Assembly: GCA_965217185.1 (NCBI GenBank)
Contig: OZ244252.1
Location: 3,232,001 to 3,296,000 of the forward strand
DNA length: 64,000 nucleotides
Source: an uncultured Candidatus Entotheonella sp.
GTDB taxonomy: Bacteria; Tectomicrobia; Entotheonellia; Entotheonellales; Entotheonellaceae
Direction of reading: 5' to 3'
Shown: in pieces, positions 37,486-51,418 of the stretch
How the letters are laid out: each line of letters starts with the position of its first letter
How positions within the stretch are numbered: the stretch's first letter is position 1
Translations under genes and position numbers: made by a program
Notes under the pieces: model-generated
What the model saw: only the letters and a program-made list of their open reading frames with translations
What the model was told of the DNA's origin: nothing
The model's database searches: none

Positions 37486-37620
37486 CACGACAAACAACTC
37501 TTTGTCGTGACTCACTGCTTTACACGCCCACGATGCTGATGTTGGCGCAAAATCTCCCCGACAACCCCGAAAATATCTCTTTACGATAAGACACGCTCAA
37601 GACAACGTTTTCGAGACCAC
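37486..37620. other. Candidate resolvase (res-like) site just inside the Tn3 IR
   Basis: Perfect dyad CACGACAAA-N6-TTTGTCGTG (37486-37509) and further AGACA/GAGAC half-sites at 37580-37618; lower-GC non-coding DNA. Confidence 0.4.
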
Positions 37621-37627
37621 GAGGACA

Positions 37628-37993
37628 TCACCCCATGAGCAAAGAGACGTCGAGGCTCACCTGATCGTACGGAACCCGTGGCACCAAGGTGCCGCGTCGG
37701 CCTTCCTTCAATTCGACGAAACCATATTGTGACATGGTCTTCAGGGTGCGCGACAGGTTCGACTTCTTTCGCCCGGAAAGCTCCGCCAGCTCGGCGAGCG
37801 AGGTCGGTTGCTCGCGTGCGATCAGCGTCAGAAGTTCGCGATTGCGCTGCGACAGCACCTTGGCAAAACTCTCTACAGAGGGGAACCACACCTTCGGCTC
37901 GCCCTTGCCGGGCTTGTGCTCGCCACGGGCGATCGCCATGGTGCGCGCCTTCATCCGGTCGTAGCCGGCAATGCCGATCTTCAGCGTCTTCAT
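37628..37993 (-). CDS. HTH DNA-binding protein, probable antitoxin/regulator
   Basis: PTSLAELAELSGRKKSNLSRTLKTM winged-HTH; start overlaps the stop of the upstream gene. Confidence 0.82.
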   Translation of the reverse strand: MKTLKIGIAGYDRMKARTMAIARGEHKPGKGEPKVWFPSVESFAKVLSQRNRELLTLIAREQPTSLAELAELSGRKKSNLSRTLKTMSQYGFVELKEGRRGTLVPRVPYDQVSLDVSLLMG

Positions 37994-38367
37994 GGCATCG
38001 ATCCCCTTTCCTTCAGAACTGCGTCCACTTCCTTCCAGAAATCCTCGACAAGCGTGGCCGCGTCCTTGTATTCATAGGGCCGGATCGTCCGCAGCCGGTG
38101 CCGATGGTCACCCTCCCCACGTCGCCGCGTACCCGGGCCGTGCCGTTCCCTCACCGGGTGCGCATTGTCGAAACCGACCAGCCTGGTGCCGTCCGGTGCG
38201 TGCAGGGTCAGCGAATAGCTAAGCCCGTGCGGCCGTTCTGGAGTCACCTCCGTTCGCAACGCGATAAACTTTACCCAGTGTCCGATCTCGTCCACGAATA
38301 GCATCTGGCCGTGAAGGTCGAGCAGTGTATCGAGTCCGGGGTCGCGGTCACGCGTCGCCATTGACAT
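37990..38367 (-). CDS. Probable toxin (DUF6516/TumE-like)
   Basis: RPHGLSYSLTLH..RLVGFDNAH..DHRH..PYEY..L..DFW..V pattern; coupled to an HTH gene. Confidence 0.72.
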   Translation of the reverse strand: MSMATRDRDPGLDTLLDLHGQMLFVDEIGHWVKFIALRTEVTPERPHGLSYSLTLHAPDGTRLVGFDNAHPVRERHGPGTRRRGEGDHRHRLRTIRPYEYKDAATLVEDFWKEVDAVLKERGSMP

Positions 38368-38369
38368 AA

Positions 38370-38388
38370 GTTATCAGTTATTGATAAC
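38370..38388. promoter_or_regulatory. Palindromic operator upstream of the toxin-HTH operon
   Basis: GTTATCA-N5-TGATAAC, 2 bp from the ATG at 38367. Confidence 0.6.
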
Positions 38389-38392
38389 ACAA

Positions 38393-39088
38393 GAGCCACT
38401 TGCAAAACCCCGCTAGTTTGGCCTCGGAGCGGTTGTCATGAGACCGTACGGTGAATCATTTGCCGTCGGTGGTTCCAATTGCCACGAATTCAGCCATGGC
38501 GGTGCCGAGTTCCGGCTCCCGTCTTGCGATGCGGACACAACTCTCCCCCCTGCGTACAGGACAGCAGCGTGTGCCGGGATGGAGGAAACGGGACCGCGAG
38601 ACCAGCTTCAGGTCACCAAGCGCATCAACTGATCAACCGTGAGCGCCACAATCCCGAACATCAGATGACACAGCACCTTGGCATGGCCGCGCACGCGCAC
38701 GCTGCGACCTCCGAATTCATCCTTGAGGCGACCCATTGACGCGCTCGACGGTCGAGCGTTCGTGGTAACGTCTCTCCTCAGACAGGACCAACCCACAGGC
38801 ACGCCGTGCCTGCCTCTCCTGCCGCAGCGCCTGCTTGCGCGCGCCGCTTGCGGGGGTTGACGTCGATGATCGCAACATGACCCAGGGCTCGGCTGTGGGT
38901 GCGGATTTCCGGGGCATCGTAGGCGCTGTCCATCAGGTCATACAGGTTGCGGACTCGCTCCGCCGTCAGGGTCGCCAGCGGGATGGCGACTTGGCTGTCG
39001 TGCAGCGACGCCGAGGTAAGCAGGCAACTGACCGGGATGGCGCCGTCGGCCGCGTCAATATGCAACTTGTAGCCGCTCCATGACGTCT
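38393..39088 (-). mobile_element. Truncated, frameshifted copy (3' half) of the second IS
   Basis: IR GAGCCACTTGCAAAAC at 38393; SWSGYKLHIDAADG..MDSAYDA..RVRGHAKVLCHLMFG spread over three frames; cut at 39089 by another copy. Confidence 0.85.
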
Positions 39089-40571
39089 GAGCCTTTTGCA
39101 AAACTGTGGAGTCATGGGGAATTATTGAGGGTAATGGGTTGGCTTAACGGGACAGGCCGTCTCTACCCGATATCATGTGTTGTGTGCTGTGTGTAACCAC
39201 CACATGAGGGAGAAAACGACCATGTCCCTGCGTACCATCCTATCGAATTATGGCTTCGCCTTTCAACGAGAGCTGTTCCCTGCACTCGAAGAAGAACTCG
39301 GCCCTTTGGGAGAGCGCTACGAGTTGTTCGTCACGGTGCTCGGCTTCGTGCAGGTGGAACAATTCCTGACGTGCTTGCGTGGCCTGCCGGGGCGCCCGCA
39401 GGAGGACCGTGCGGCGCTGGCACGCGCCTTCATCGCCAAGGCGGTGTTCGCCATCACGACCACCCGGGCGCTCGTTGAACGTCTGGCCATCGACTCCCCG
39501 CTGCGTCGCCTGTGTGGCTGGAGCCGGGCCGAGGAGGTCCCCAGCGAGGCGACGTTCTCGCGTGCCTTCACTGCCTTCGCTGACAGCGCCTTGCCGAGCC
39601 GCCTGCACGAGGCGCTGATCGACAAGACCCTGCGGGATCACTTGGTCGGTCACGTGTCGCGCGATTCGACGGCGATTGAAGGACGCGAGAAACCAACGCC
39701 GAAGCCATCGGCCACCCCGAAACGGCGGCGCGGTCGTCCGCGCAAGGGCGAGCAACGGCCCAAGGCGTCGCGCCGCCTGGAGCGCCAACTGCGGATGACC
39801 CTGCCGGAGATGCTCGACGATCTGCCACGCGCCCCTGATGTCGGCGTCAAGCGAGGCGCCAAGGGCTATCAGGCATCCTGGAGCGGCTACAAGTTGCATA
39901 TCGACGCGGCCGATGGCGGCATTCCGCTCAGTTGCATCCTGACTTCGGCCTCGCTGCACGACAGCCAGGCAGCGATTCCCTTGGCGACGATGACGGTCGC
40001 CCGGGTCACCAACCTCTATGACTTGATGGACTCGGCCTATGATGCGCCCGAGATCAGAGCGCACAGCGCCTCAATGGGGCATGTTGCGATCATCGACGTT
40101 AACCCCCGTAGTACTGCGCAAGCGGCAACTGACTGCGGAGGCAAAGGCCCAGCGCAGCCTTGGCCACGTCTCCTGCGAACGCTTACGCTACCGTGAGCGC
40201 TCAACCGTGGAGCGCGTCAATGGTCGTCTCAAGGACGACTTTGGTGGCCGTCAGGTACGTGTGCGTGGCCACGCCAAGGTTTTGTGCCACCTGATGTTCG
40301 GCATTCTTGCGCTGACGGTGGCGCAGTTGGTCCGGCTACTGGCCTGAAACCGACTTGGTTCCATCCATCTGTTACAGAGGCTGCACGCTCCCGCCGGGGA
40401 TGCAAGGCAGAGGTCTGGCCATTCACAGGCCAAGGGGCTTCATCGTCGCAGGATGGTCACCGAGGTGAAGCGCCACAGGCGGCCCAACAGCGTATCAGAG
40501 CCAAAAACTGCCAACTATCAAAGGCCATGAGCTTCGCTCTCGACGTCGAATTGGAGTTTTGCAAGTGGCTC
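39089..40571 (+). mobile_element. Full-length copy of the second IS (1483 bp; DDE, IS5/IS1182-like)
   Basis: IRs GAGCCTTTTGCAAAACT and AGTTTTGCAAGTGGCTC (15/17 match); no target duplication seen. Confidence 0.88.
39222..40347 (+). pseudogene. DDE transposase with one frameshift near 40110
   Basis: PSEATFSR, SRDSTAI, GYKLH, MDSAYD in ORF 39177-40196; ERSTVERVNGRLK in ORF 40039-40347. Confidence 0.85.
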
Positions 40572-40718
40572 CTCCAATATGGGAAAAGTTTCCTTCTATC
40601 TCCCAAAGCAGGAAACTTCTTCGAATCGACGGGGTTAAATTGTCACTACCAGACAAGTGGGTTTGCGGGCTCTTCAATCAGAACAATGCGAGGAGAAGCA
40701 TCTACAAGAGCAAGTTAC

Positions 40719-40743
40719 GGGGGGGGGGGGGGGGGGGGGGGGG
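40719..40743. repeat. G25 homopolymer tract
   Basis: 25 consecutive G next to the 3' end of the 5S gene. Confidence 0.9.
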
Positions 40744-40745
40744 AA

Positions 40746-40863
40746 TTTCGGCAGCGACCTACTCTCCCACACAGTGACCCGTGCAGTACCATCGGCGCTG
40801 AAGGACTTTACTTCCGTGTTCGGGATGGGAACGGGTGTTGCCCCTTCGCTATAACTGCCGAAA
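40746..40863 (-). rRNA. rrf: 5S rRNA
   Basis: Reverse complement contains CCCATCCCGAACACGGAAGTAAAG..GCCGATGGTACTG..GGGAGAGTAGG. Confidence 0.95.
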
Positions 40864-40935
40864 ATTTAGAAAAATATCAACTTGGTGCAGTAACTCTCAA
40901 CAATGACATGATACGCCAAGCCAGTGTAAAACCAA

Positions 40936-43935
<3,000 letters not shown>

Positions 43936-44077
43936 CTTGTCTAACACACTACAAACAGACTTGGTGTCGTATCATGTCATTGTCAAAGAACATAAAAATC
44001 GTACGAGATTCGCGTTCGAGAGTAAGACAAATCTTCAGCCTTCGCTCCCTGCATGTACAGAGAAACTAAGACTCCTT

Positions 44078-45642
<1,565 letters not shown>

Positions 45643-45739
45643 GAAACGGGTGTATGATCCAACTAACACCCCCAGAAGGGGCTTCTGGATCATACCTAAT
45701 TATGAAACCTCTTACTCACAAACGCGAATCATCGTACGA

Positions 45740-45751
45740 TTTCAAAGAACA
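45740..45751 (-). promoter_or_regulatory. rrn antitermination boxA (leader); second copy in the ITS at 43981-43992
   Basis: TGTTCTTTGAAA and TGTTCTTTGACA on the minus strand. Confidence 0.75.
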
Positions 45752-45776
45752 TCCTTCGTCATTGAAGGTGGCTGTA

Positions 45777-45805
45777 AAGATACCGTCTTCCTTTAGCTTT
45801 GTCAA
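45777..45805 (-). promoter_or_regulatory. Sigma70-type rRNA operon promoter
   Basis: TTGACA-N17-TATCTT with an AT-rich upstream tract. Confidence 0.8.
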
Positions 45806-45891
45806 CGCCTGCCATGAAAAAATTCTTGCATGTGGGGGATGTCGGTTCCCCTGTTGCGGTATTTCCTCTGTGTTCGGTCTGTTCATCATGC

Positions 45892-46704
45892 TCAAGTCGC
45901 TGGGCGATCTAGGGCGCTGTTAACTCGCTGTCTCACCGCCTCAAACAACAAAATGGAGGCTGTCTGCGCAACGTTTAAGGAGTCCAATTGGCCTGCCATC
46001 GGGATACACACGCGGGTTTCGCTGCGCCACACGGATGTCAGCCCATCATGTTCGGCTCCCAACACCAGTGCGCTTGGTAGTCGCAGATCAATTGCATAGT
46101 ACGACCGAGGCGCCAGCGGCGCAGCGGCAATGATTTGGACCGCGCCACGGCGTAACCACAGCAAAGCGTCCTTAGCGGTTGCCACCGCAACGGGTACTGC
46201 AAAACACGCCCCTTGACTGGCGCGAATGACATTAGGGTTCCAGAGATCTGTGCGTCCGTCACAAAGCACGAGGGCCGTGACTCTCGCAGCATCAGCAGAC
46301 CGTAGCATGGCGCCCAGGTTGCCGGGCTTTTCCAGTCCCTCGGCCACAAGGTATAAGGGTTTGCTGGTTATGGGAAGGTCGGCAAGGGTGACGTACGGAC
46401 AGGGAGCGACGCCGAGCAGCCCATCCGGGTGCTCGCCGTAGCCTATTTTTCTGAACACCGCAGGGGTGACCGGCTGCAAATGGCCACCAGCATCTTGCAC
46501 TTTCTGGAGGAGGACGACCTGTTTATCTGCCACGGCTTGCGAGAAATAAACCGCCGAAATGGGAAAGCCATTGCTGAGAGCCATGCGTAGCGCACGGGCA
46601 CCGTCGATGAGTAGCGTTCCCTGCTTTGCGCGCTCTCTGTACTGACGGAGCTTCACCAAGTTCTTAACGGTAGGATTGGTTAAGCTTGTAATCGGAGCTT
46701 TCAT
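45892..46704 (-). CDS. TrmH/SpoU family RNA methyltransferase
   Basis: ITSLTNP, EKPGNLGAMLRSADA, LGAEHDGL, IPMAGQLDSLNVA; ATG 46704 overlaps the upstream stop. Confidence 0.92.
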   Translation of the reverse strand: MKAPITSLTNPTVKNLVKLRQYRERAKQGTLLIDGARALRMALSNGFPISAVYFSQAVADKQVVLLQKVQDAGGHLQPVTPAVFRKIGYGEHPDGLLGVAPCPYVTLADLPITSKPLYLVAEGLEKPGNLGAMLRSADAARVTALVLCDGRTDLWNPNVIRASQGACFAVPVAVATAKDALLWLRRGAVQIIAAAPLAPRSYYAIDLRLPSALVLGAEHDGLTSVWRSETRVCIPMAGQLDSLNVAQTASILLFEAVRQRVNSALDRPAT

Positions 46705-47570
46705 CAATATGTATCGTTGCGCCATCGCACCAAAGCCCCGCTGGGTAATCCGTGAGGGCTGCCACACTGTGGAATCAACATCTCCATGCTGCATAGCTGA
46801 CTTCGCTCCAAACCTACTACGCCAGCCAGCATGTTTTCCAAGACTAACGGCGTAATGCCGGGGGTGTGGGTGCTCAGCACGACCGCCAACGGTGAGTCGC
46901 TGAGTATCTGTCGACATAAGTCGAGCAGCGGTGGCAGGTCGTGGGTGAGTTTCCATACCTCTCCCTTGGGGCCTCTCCCAAAGGAGGGCGGATCGAGTAC
47001 GATTGCATCGTACCGATTGCCGCGGCGCACTTCACGGCTGAGAAATTTGGTGACGTCTTCGACGACCCAACGGATGGGGGCATCGGCCAGCCCGGCGAGC
47101 TGGGCATTCTCCCGCGCCCACGCCACAATGCCCTCGGCAGCATCCAAATGCACCACCTGAGCACCTTCGGCAGCGGCAGCAAGCGTGCTGCTTCCTGTGT
47201 ATGCAAAGGCATTGAGAACCCTCACCGGTCGCCCCGCAACGGCGATCTGCTCCCGCAACCACTGCCAGTGTGGCCCGTGCTCGGCGAAGAAGCCCAAGTG
47301 GCCAAAATCGGTCAATTTGACGCGCAAAGACAGTCCGCAATAAGTCAACGTCCACATGGCGGGCAAGTCGTGTCGCTTGCGGTGCCAGCTACCCGACCCG
47401 GATGGACCGCGTTGGTAACACGCTTCCGCCGTTTCCCAAAATCCAACGGGATGTGAAGGGGGCCATATGGCGTGTGAGGCTGGACGCACTAGGCGATAGG
47501 GACCGACTTGCTCCAGCTTCCTGCTGTGGCCACTATCAAGCAATCTGTATGTTGACGTGGTGTCGTTCAT
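46704..47570 (-). CDS. Class I SAM-dependent methyltransferase (RlmI/RlmK-like)
   Basis: HLGFFAEH, VLNAFAYTG, VLDPPSFGRG. Confidence 0.88.
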   Translation of the reverse strand: MNDTTSTYRLLDSGHSRKLEQVGPYRLVRPASHAIWPPSHPVGFWETAEACYQRGPSGSGSWHRKRHDLPAMWTLTYCGLSLRVKLTDFGHLGFFAEHGPHWQWLREQIAVAGRPVRVLNAFAYTGSSTLAAAAEGAQVVHLDAAEGIVAWARENAQLAGLADAPIRWVVEDVTKFLSREVRRGNRYDAIVLDPPSFGRGPKGEVWKLTHDLPPLLDLCRQILSDSPLAVVLSTHTPGITPLVLENMLAGVVGLERSQLCSMEMLIPQCGSPHGLPSGALVRWRNDTY

Positions 47571-47658
47571 ACGATTCCGTTAGTGCCTCCCTTGCTCCGT
47601 TTGGATGTCAGCGCCTATTATGCGTTCACTCGGACCCTCATACAACGAAAGAAGTCCC

Positions 47659-48399
47659 ATGTCACTAAAAGGTAAGGTTGCTTTGGTTACCGGCGCGTCA
47701 CGCGGTATCGGACGCGCGGTAGCCCTTGCCCTCGCCGCAGCCGGCGCTCAAGTGGTCGTCAATTTTGTGAACCGCCGTGATGCTGCAATGGCGGTCAAAA
47801 AGGAAATCCAAGTGCTGGGGCAGGAGAGCTTGCTGGTGCAGGCCGATGTGGCAGCCAAACAAGACGTGGAGCGGATGATTTCGCACGTCCTCGACCATTT
47901 CGGGCAGATCGATATCCTGGTGAATAACGCCACGTTGCACAGAGGAGGCAAAGTCCATCGTCTGCCGGAAAGCGATTGGGAAAGCGTGATGGATTCCTGT
48001 CTGAGAGGGGCTTTCCATTGTTGTCAGCAGGTCGTCCCGCACATGACGGCTCGGCAAAGCGGCCGCATCATTAATGTTTCTTCTATCGTGGGACGCATTG
48101 GCTGGTCCGGCGACACTGCGTACGGAGCCGCCAAGGCTGGTCTCGTTGGCTTTACCCGTTCACTGGCCAAAGAAGTCGCGCCGTATGGCATTACGGCGAA
48201 CGTCGTCATGCCTGGGTATATTGACACGGATATGACGTCCGCACTGACACCGCGCAGCAAGGAACTGATGGTGTCACGGATACCCTTGGGGCGGGCCGGC
48301 CAACCGGAAGAGGTGGCGGAGGTCGTCATATTTCTGGCCTCGCAGGCCGCTTATGTAACAGGGGCGGTCTATGTCGTCGATGGCGGGATGTCACTTTGA
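47659..48399 (+). CDS. Short-chain dehydrogenase/reductase (FabG-like)
   Basis: TGASRGIG, LVNNA, YGAAK, PGYIDTDMT. Confidence 0.9.
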   Translation: MSLKGKVALVTGASRGIGRAVALALAAAGAQVVVNFVNRRDAAMAVKKEIQVLGQESLLVQADVAAKQDVERMISHVLDHFGQIDILVNNATLHRGGKVHRLPESDWESVMDSCLRGAFHCCQQVVPHMTARQSGRIINVSSIVGRIGWSGDTAYGAAKAGLVGFTRSLAKEVAPYGITANVVMPGYIDTDMTSALTPRSKELMVSRIPLGRAGQPEEVAEVVIFLASQAAYVTGAVYVVDGGMSL

Positions 48400-48405
48400 G
48401 AGTCC

Positions 48406-49254
48406 GTGATGGGGCAGCAACGAAGCGGCAGTGAACGGTCGGTTGTTCAATCTGCAGATGTGTCCATGCTGGCGGAGATTCAGGAACGCATTATCAACTG
48501 TGTCTGCTGTCCCCGGCTCGTAGCGCATCGCCAGCACGTGGCGGATCAAAAGGTGCGCCGATTTCGAAGCGAGTCCTATTGGGGCAGACCCGTTCCCAGC
48601 TTCGGCGACCCGCTTGCTCGACTCTTGATTATCGGGTTGGCCCCGGCAGCCCATGGTGCCAACCGCACGGGGCGCGCCTTCACAGGCGACCGCAGTGGCG
48701 ATTGGTTATACGAAGCATTACACCGCTACCGCTTTGCAAACCAGCCGGGTTCTTCCCACCGGCAAGACGGTCTCACCCCCCATGATTGCTTCATCACACA
48801 GGTGATTCGCTGCGCTCCACCCGACAATAGACCCGATCGTCAGGAAATTGCAAACTGCCAGTCCTATTTGCTGGACGAGTTGCGACTGCTAATCAACGTA
48901 CGTGTGGTCATTCCGCTGGGACGACTCGCTTTCGACGCATATCTCCGCGCCTACCAACAGATCGGTAACACTTTGCCAACGCCGCGTCCACACTTCGAGC
49001 ATGGAAAACTGACGCGCTTGCCAACTGGTCACGCCTTTTTGCCTTCGTATCACCCAAGCCAGCAGAACACGCAAACGGGACGCCTGACACGCGCCATGTT
49101 TCACCAAGTGTTTGCCGCTGCCCGGACGCTGCTTGATGGGAATTGCGGGGAAGGATTGGGACTTACAGATAGACCACGCGGCTGCTCAACTGCCCCTCAA
49201 AGAGGTGCACAATCCCGTAACCGGGGGAGCCGGACCAGACCTTCGGAGCGGTGA
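48406..49254 (+). CDS. Uracil-DNA glycosylase family 5 (UdgB-like)
   Basis: CxxCPRL, GLAPAAHGANRTGR.FTGDRSG, RCAPP, YHPSQQNT; 3' end overlaps the convergent gene. Confidence 0.88.
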   Translation: MMGQQRSGSERSVVQSADVSMLAEIQERIINCVCCPRLVAHRQHVADQKVRRFRSESYWGRPVPSFGDPLARLLIIGLAPAAHGANRTGRAFTGDRSGDWLYEALHRYRFANQPGSSHRQDGLTPHDCFITQVIRCAPPDNRPDRQEIANCQSYLLDELRLLINVRVVIPLGRLAFDAYLRAYQQIGNTLPTPRPHFEHGKLTRLPTGHAFLPSYHPSQQNTQTGRLTRAMFHQVFAAARTLLDGNCGEGLGLTDRPRGCSTAPQRGAQSRNRGSRTRPSER

Positions 49255-49927
49255 CGGTATCCCCAAACTGGTACGCGCTGGACGGCACGCTGGTAAACTG
49301 CACACCCCGATCGGTAATCTGTATCGGCATGTGAACGTGTCCGAAGAAAACCCGTTGCACCTGCCGATGCTGGGCCAGGATGTCCAGAAGATCGTCCCCG
49401 TTTCCGAACGTATAGGCGTCCAACCAATCCACCCCCGTAGGAACGGGTGGATGGTGCATAAACACCACCGTTGGCTGCTGCGAACCGTCCGTTAGCGTGG
49501 CATCCAGCCAAGCGAGCTGAGCCGCGTCCAACGCTCCCGCCACCTCCCCTTCGACTAGCGAATCGAGAACGACGAAACGGTACCCGGCAGCGTTAAACGT
49601 ATAGTAATGCGGCTCGGAACCGGGTGATTCCTCTCCCAAGACGACGTGACGAAATGGCCGTCGCAGGTCGTGGTTGCCCATAGTGAAATACACCGGGCTC
49701 GGCAAACAATCGGTCAGCAGCTTAAGATGGCGGTAGGATTGTGGGTCGTCGTCACTAATAAGATCACCGGTGAGTATGACAAAGGCGGGTGGCGGATCGA
49801 GGTGAGAAATATGGGCGATGATACGTTCGAGGTTTTCGTAGGGGTTAACCCCGTATGACTCCAAGCTGGTGTCGGCGACGAGATGAGTATCCGATACCTG
49901 AATGAAATAGGGCGTTGCATTCACCAT
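49163..49927 (-). CDS. Metallophosphoesterase (Icc/CpdA-like cyclic nucleotide phosphodiesterase)
   Basis: SDTH, TGDL, GNHD, MHHPP, GHVH. Confidence 0.9.
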   Translation of the reverse strand: MVNATPYFIQVSDTHLVADTSLESYGVNPYENLERIIAHISHLDPPPAFVILTGDLISDDDPQSYRHLKLLTDCLPSPVYFTMGNHDLRRPFRHVVLGEESPGSEPHYYTFNAAGYRFVVLDSLVEGEVAGALDAAQLAWLDATLTDGSQQPTVVFMHHPPVPTGVDWLDAYTFGNGDDLLDILAQHRQVQRVFFGHVHMPIQITDRGVQFTSVPSSAYQFGDTVTAPKVWSGSPGYGIVHLFEGQLSSRVVYL

Positions 49928-49968
49928 GCACTCCCGGAGCTTGGGGGCTAAGTTTGCCGCCGCCTTGC

Positions 49969-50274
49969 CTAACGGCAACGCCGGGCGTCGCGCCAATGCC
50001 GATACCGTTGCTGCATGGGAACCACGAAGCGATCCCAAATCGTCGCCACAAAAGGAATATCCTTGCGGAGGATGGCCAGGGCGGCCACGATCAGTAACAC
50101 GCCTTGCAGAACAGGCAATACCAGCCCCGCCAAGCCGGCGATCAATAGCGCAATGCCCAACGCAATGCGGGAGATGCGGTAAAACCGCCCTGAGACTCCC
50201 GACGTGGCTTCCGCCCCTACGGAATCCTCTGTGTTTTCTTCGATACTTGGTGGCATGGCGTCATTTTCCTGCAT
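49969..50274 (-). CDS. Small membrane protein (PGPGW-like)
   Basis: Hydrophobic hairpin IALGIALLIAGLAGLVLPVLQGVLLIVAALAIL. Confidence 0.65.
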   Translation of the reverse strand: MQENDAMPPSIEENTEDSVGAEATSGVSGRFYRISRIALGIALLIAGLAGLVLPVLQGVLLIVAALAILRKDIPFVATIWDRFVVPMQQRYRHWRDARRCR

Positions 50275-50290
50275 CGCGTGACAGGCAGAA

Positions 50291-51076
50291 CTAGCGTCTC
50301 AGCATAGAGCGAATGTCCTGCCGCGCTTCCTCGCGGGCTTCTTCGTCCCCGTGTCTCAGGTCATCCATATAGGGTTCGAGAGCTTCAATCAACTCCCGCT
50401 GCTTGTTCGTATCACTTGCCAGCCGCATGAGATCCTCGATTGCCTGCTCACGCACCTGTTCGTTCGGATGCACAACCTGGTTCAGCAGCCGCTCGGTTTC
50501 CGGGTTCGCTTTCAGATCCTCAAAAACCGACGTGGAAGCGCTATCTTTCCCCTGTGGGCTACGCGCCGTCGTACGTGAGGTCGCTCGCTCCGACCGAGCG
50601 ACCACTCGGCGGGCCCGGCGTGTGCCCATTCGCGGCTCGACAGCAGCGCGCGGCCCGGCGCCTGGGCTCGCATTGGCATCCAGAAACAGAATGCGTTCGA
50701 TCTTCACGCCGTCTTCCGTCTGGGCCGTAATGAGCGCATACCCTGGCACGCCGGCCACACGCAGCAGACGCTTGAGCCCTTCTATGAGAGACAAGTCGGT
50801 GAACTGTGTTGAAATTCGGCGATTAGGTAGTCCATCCAGGTTGCTGACGTCGATCTGTGCTTGCGAGGCGATGTCCCGGAAAATCGCACCGAAGTCCTCA
50901 TCTTGCACGTCCACCGACAGGCCGTCTTGTGCGAAGACAACACCCGCCACCCGATGAGGTACTCCAGGGGCCGCGGCGCCAGCCCCCTGCGCCCAAGTGG
51001 AAGAGACGTTTCCGCCGATCAAAACCGGGACCAGACTGAAACCCAAAAAGCTTATCCAGAGCCGGTAGAGCCTCAT
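50291..51076 (-). CDS. Hypothetical exported protein
   Basis: Signal peptide; N-terminal part resembles a secretin N-domain (LSVDVQD..IFRDIA..ISTQF..L..EGLKRLL); helical C-terminus. Confidence 0.6.
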   Translation of the reverse strand: MRLYRLWISFLGFSLVPVLIGGNVSSTWAQGAGAAAPGVPHRVAGVVFAQDGLSVDVQDEDFGAIFRDIASQAQIDVSNLDGLPNRRISTQFTDLSLIEGLKRLLRVAGVPGYALITAQTEDGVKIERILFLDANASPGAGPRAAVEPRMGTRRARRVVARSERATSRTTARSPQGKDSASTSVFEDLKANPETERLLNQVVHPNEQVREQAIEDLMRLASDTNKQRELIEALEPYMDDLRHGDEEAREEARQDIRSMLRR

Positions 51077-51174
51077 TCAACATCCTTCCCTCACCTATGG
51101 GTTATGACTATAATGGCACGTTTCCGAGCAAGCCATGACGTGCTGTCTACCATGTTTTCAATGAGGAGTGAAAG

Positions 51175-51366
51175 ATGCCAAAGGATAAAGCTCTTTATTC
51201 ATTTGAGCTAGAGAAAGATATGATGGTGTTTATCGAAGAAATGACGGCGAAGTATAACTTGCCGGACGTTTCGAAGACAATGCGCTGTATGGTCAACTAC
51301 GCCCGCGAGGTTGAGACGGCACAAGAGGGCATCTTCGCCGAGATCCGCTGCCTCAATTGTGGATGA
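51175..51366 (+). CDS. Small hypothetical protein (RHH-like, C-terminal CxxC)
   Basis: GAGGAG RBS; 63 aa ending RCLNCG. Confidence 0.65.
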   Translation: MPKDKALYSFELEKDMMVFIEEMTAKYNLPDVSKTMRCMVNYAREVETAQEGIFAEIRCLNCG

Positions 51367-51418
51367 GACAGCCAGCAGGCAGGAACGTCTGGGCATGCCA
51401 TTTTCCAAATCTAGTCTT

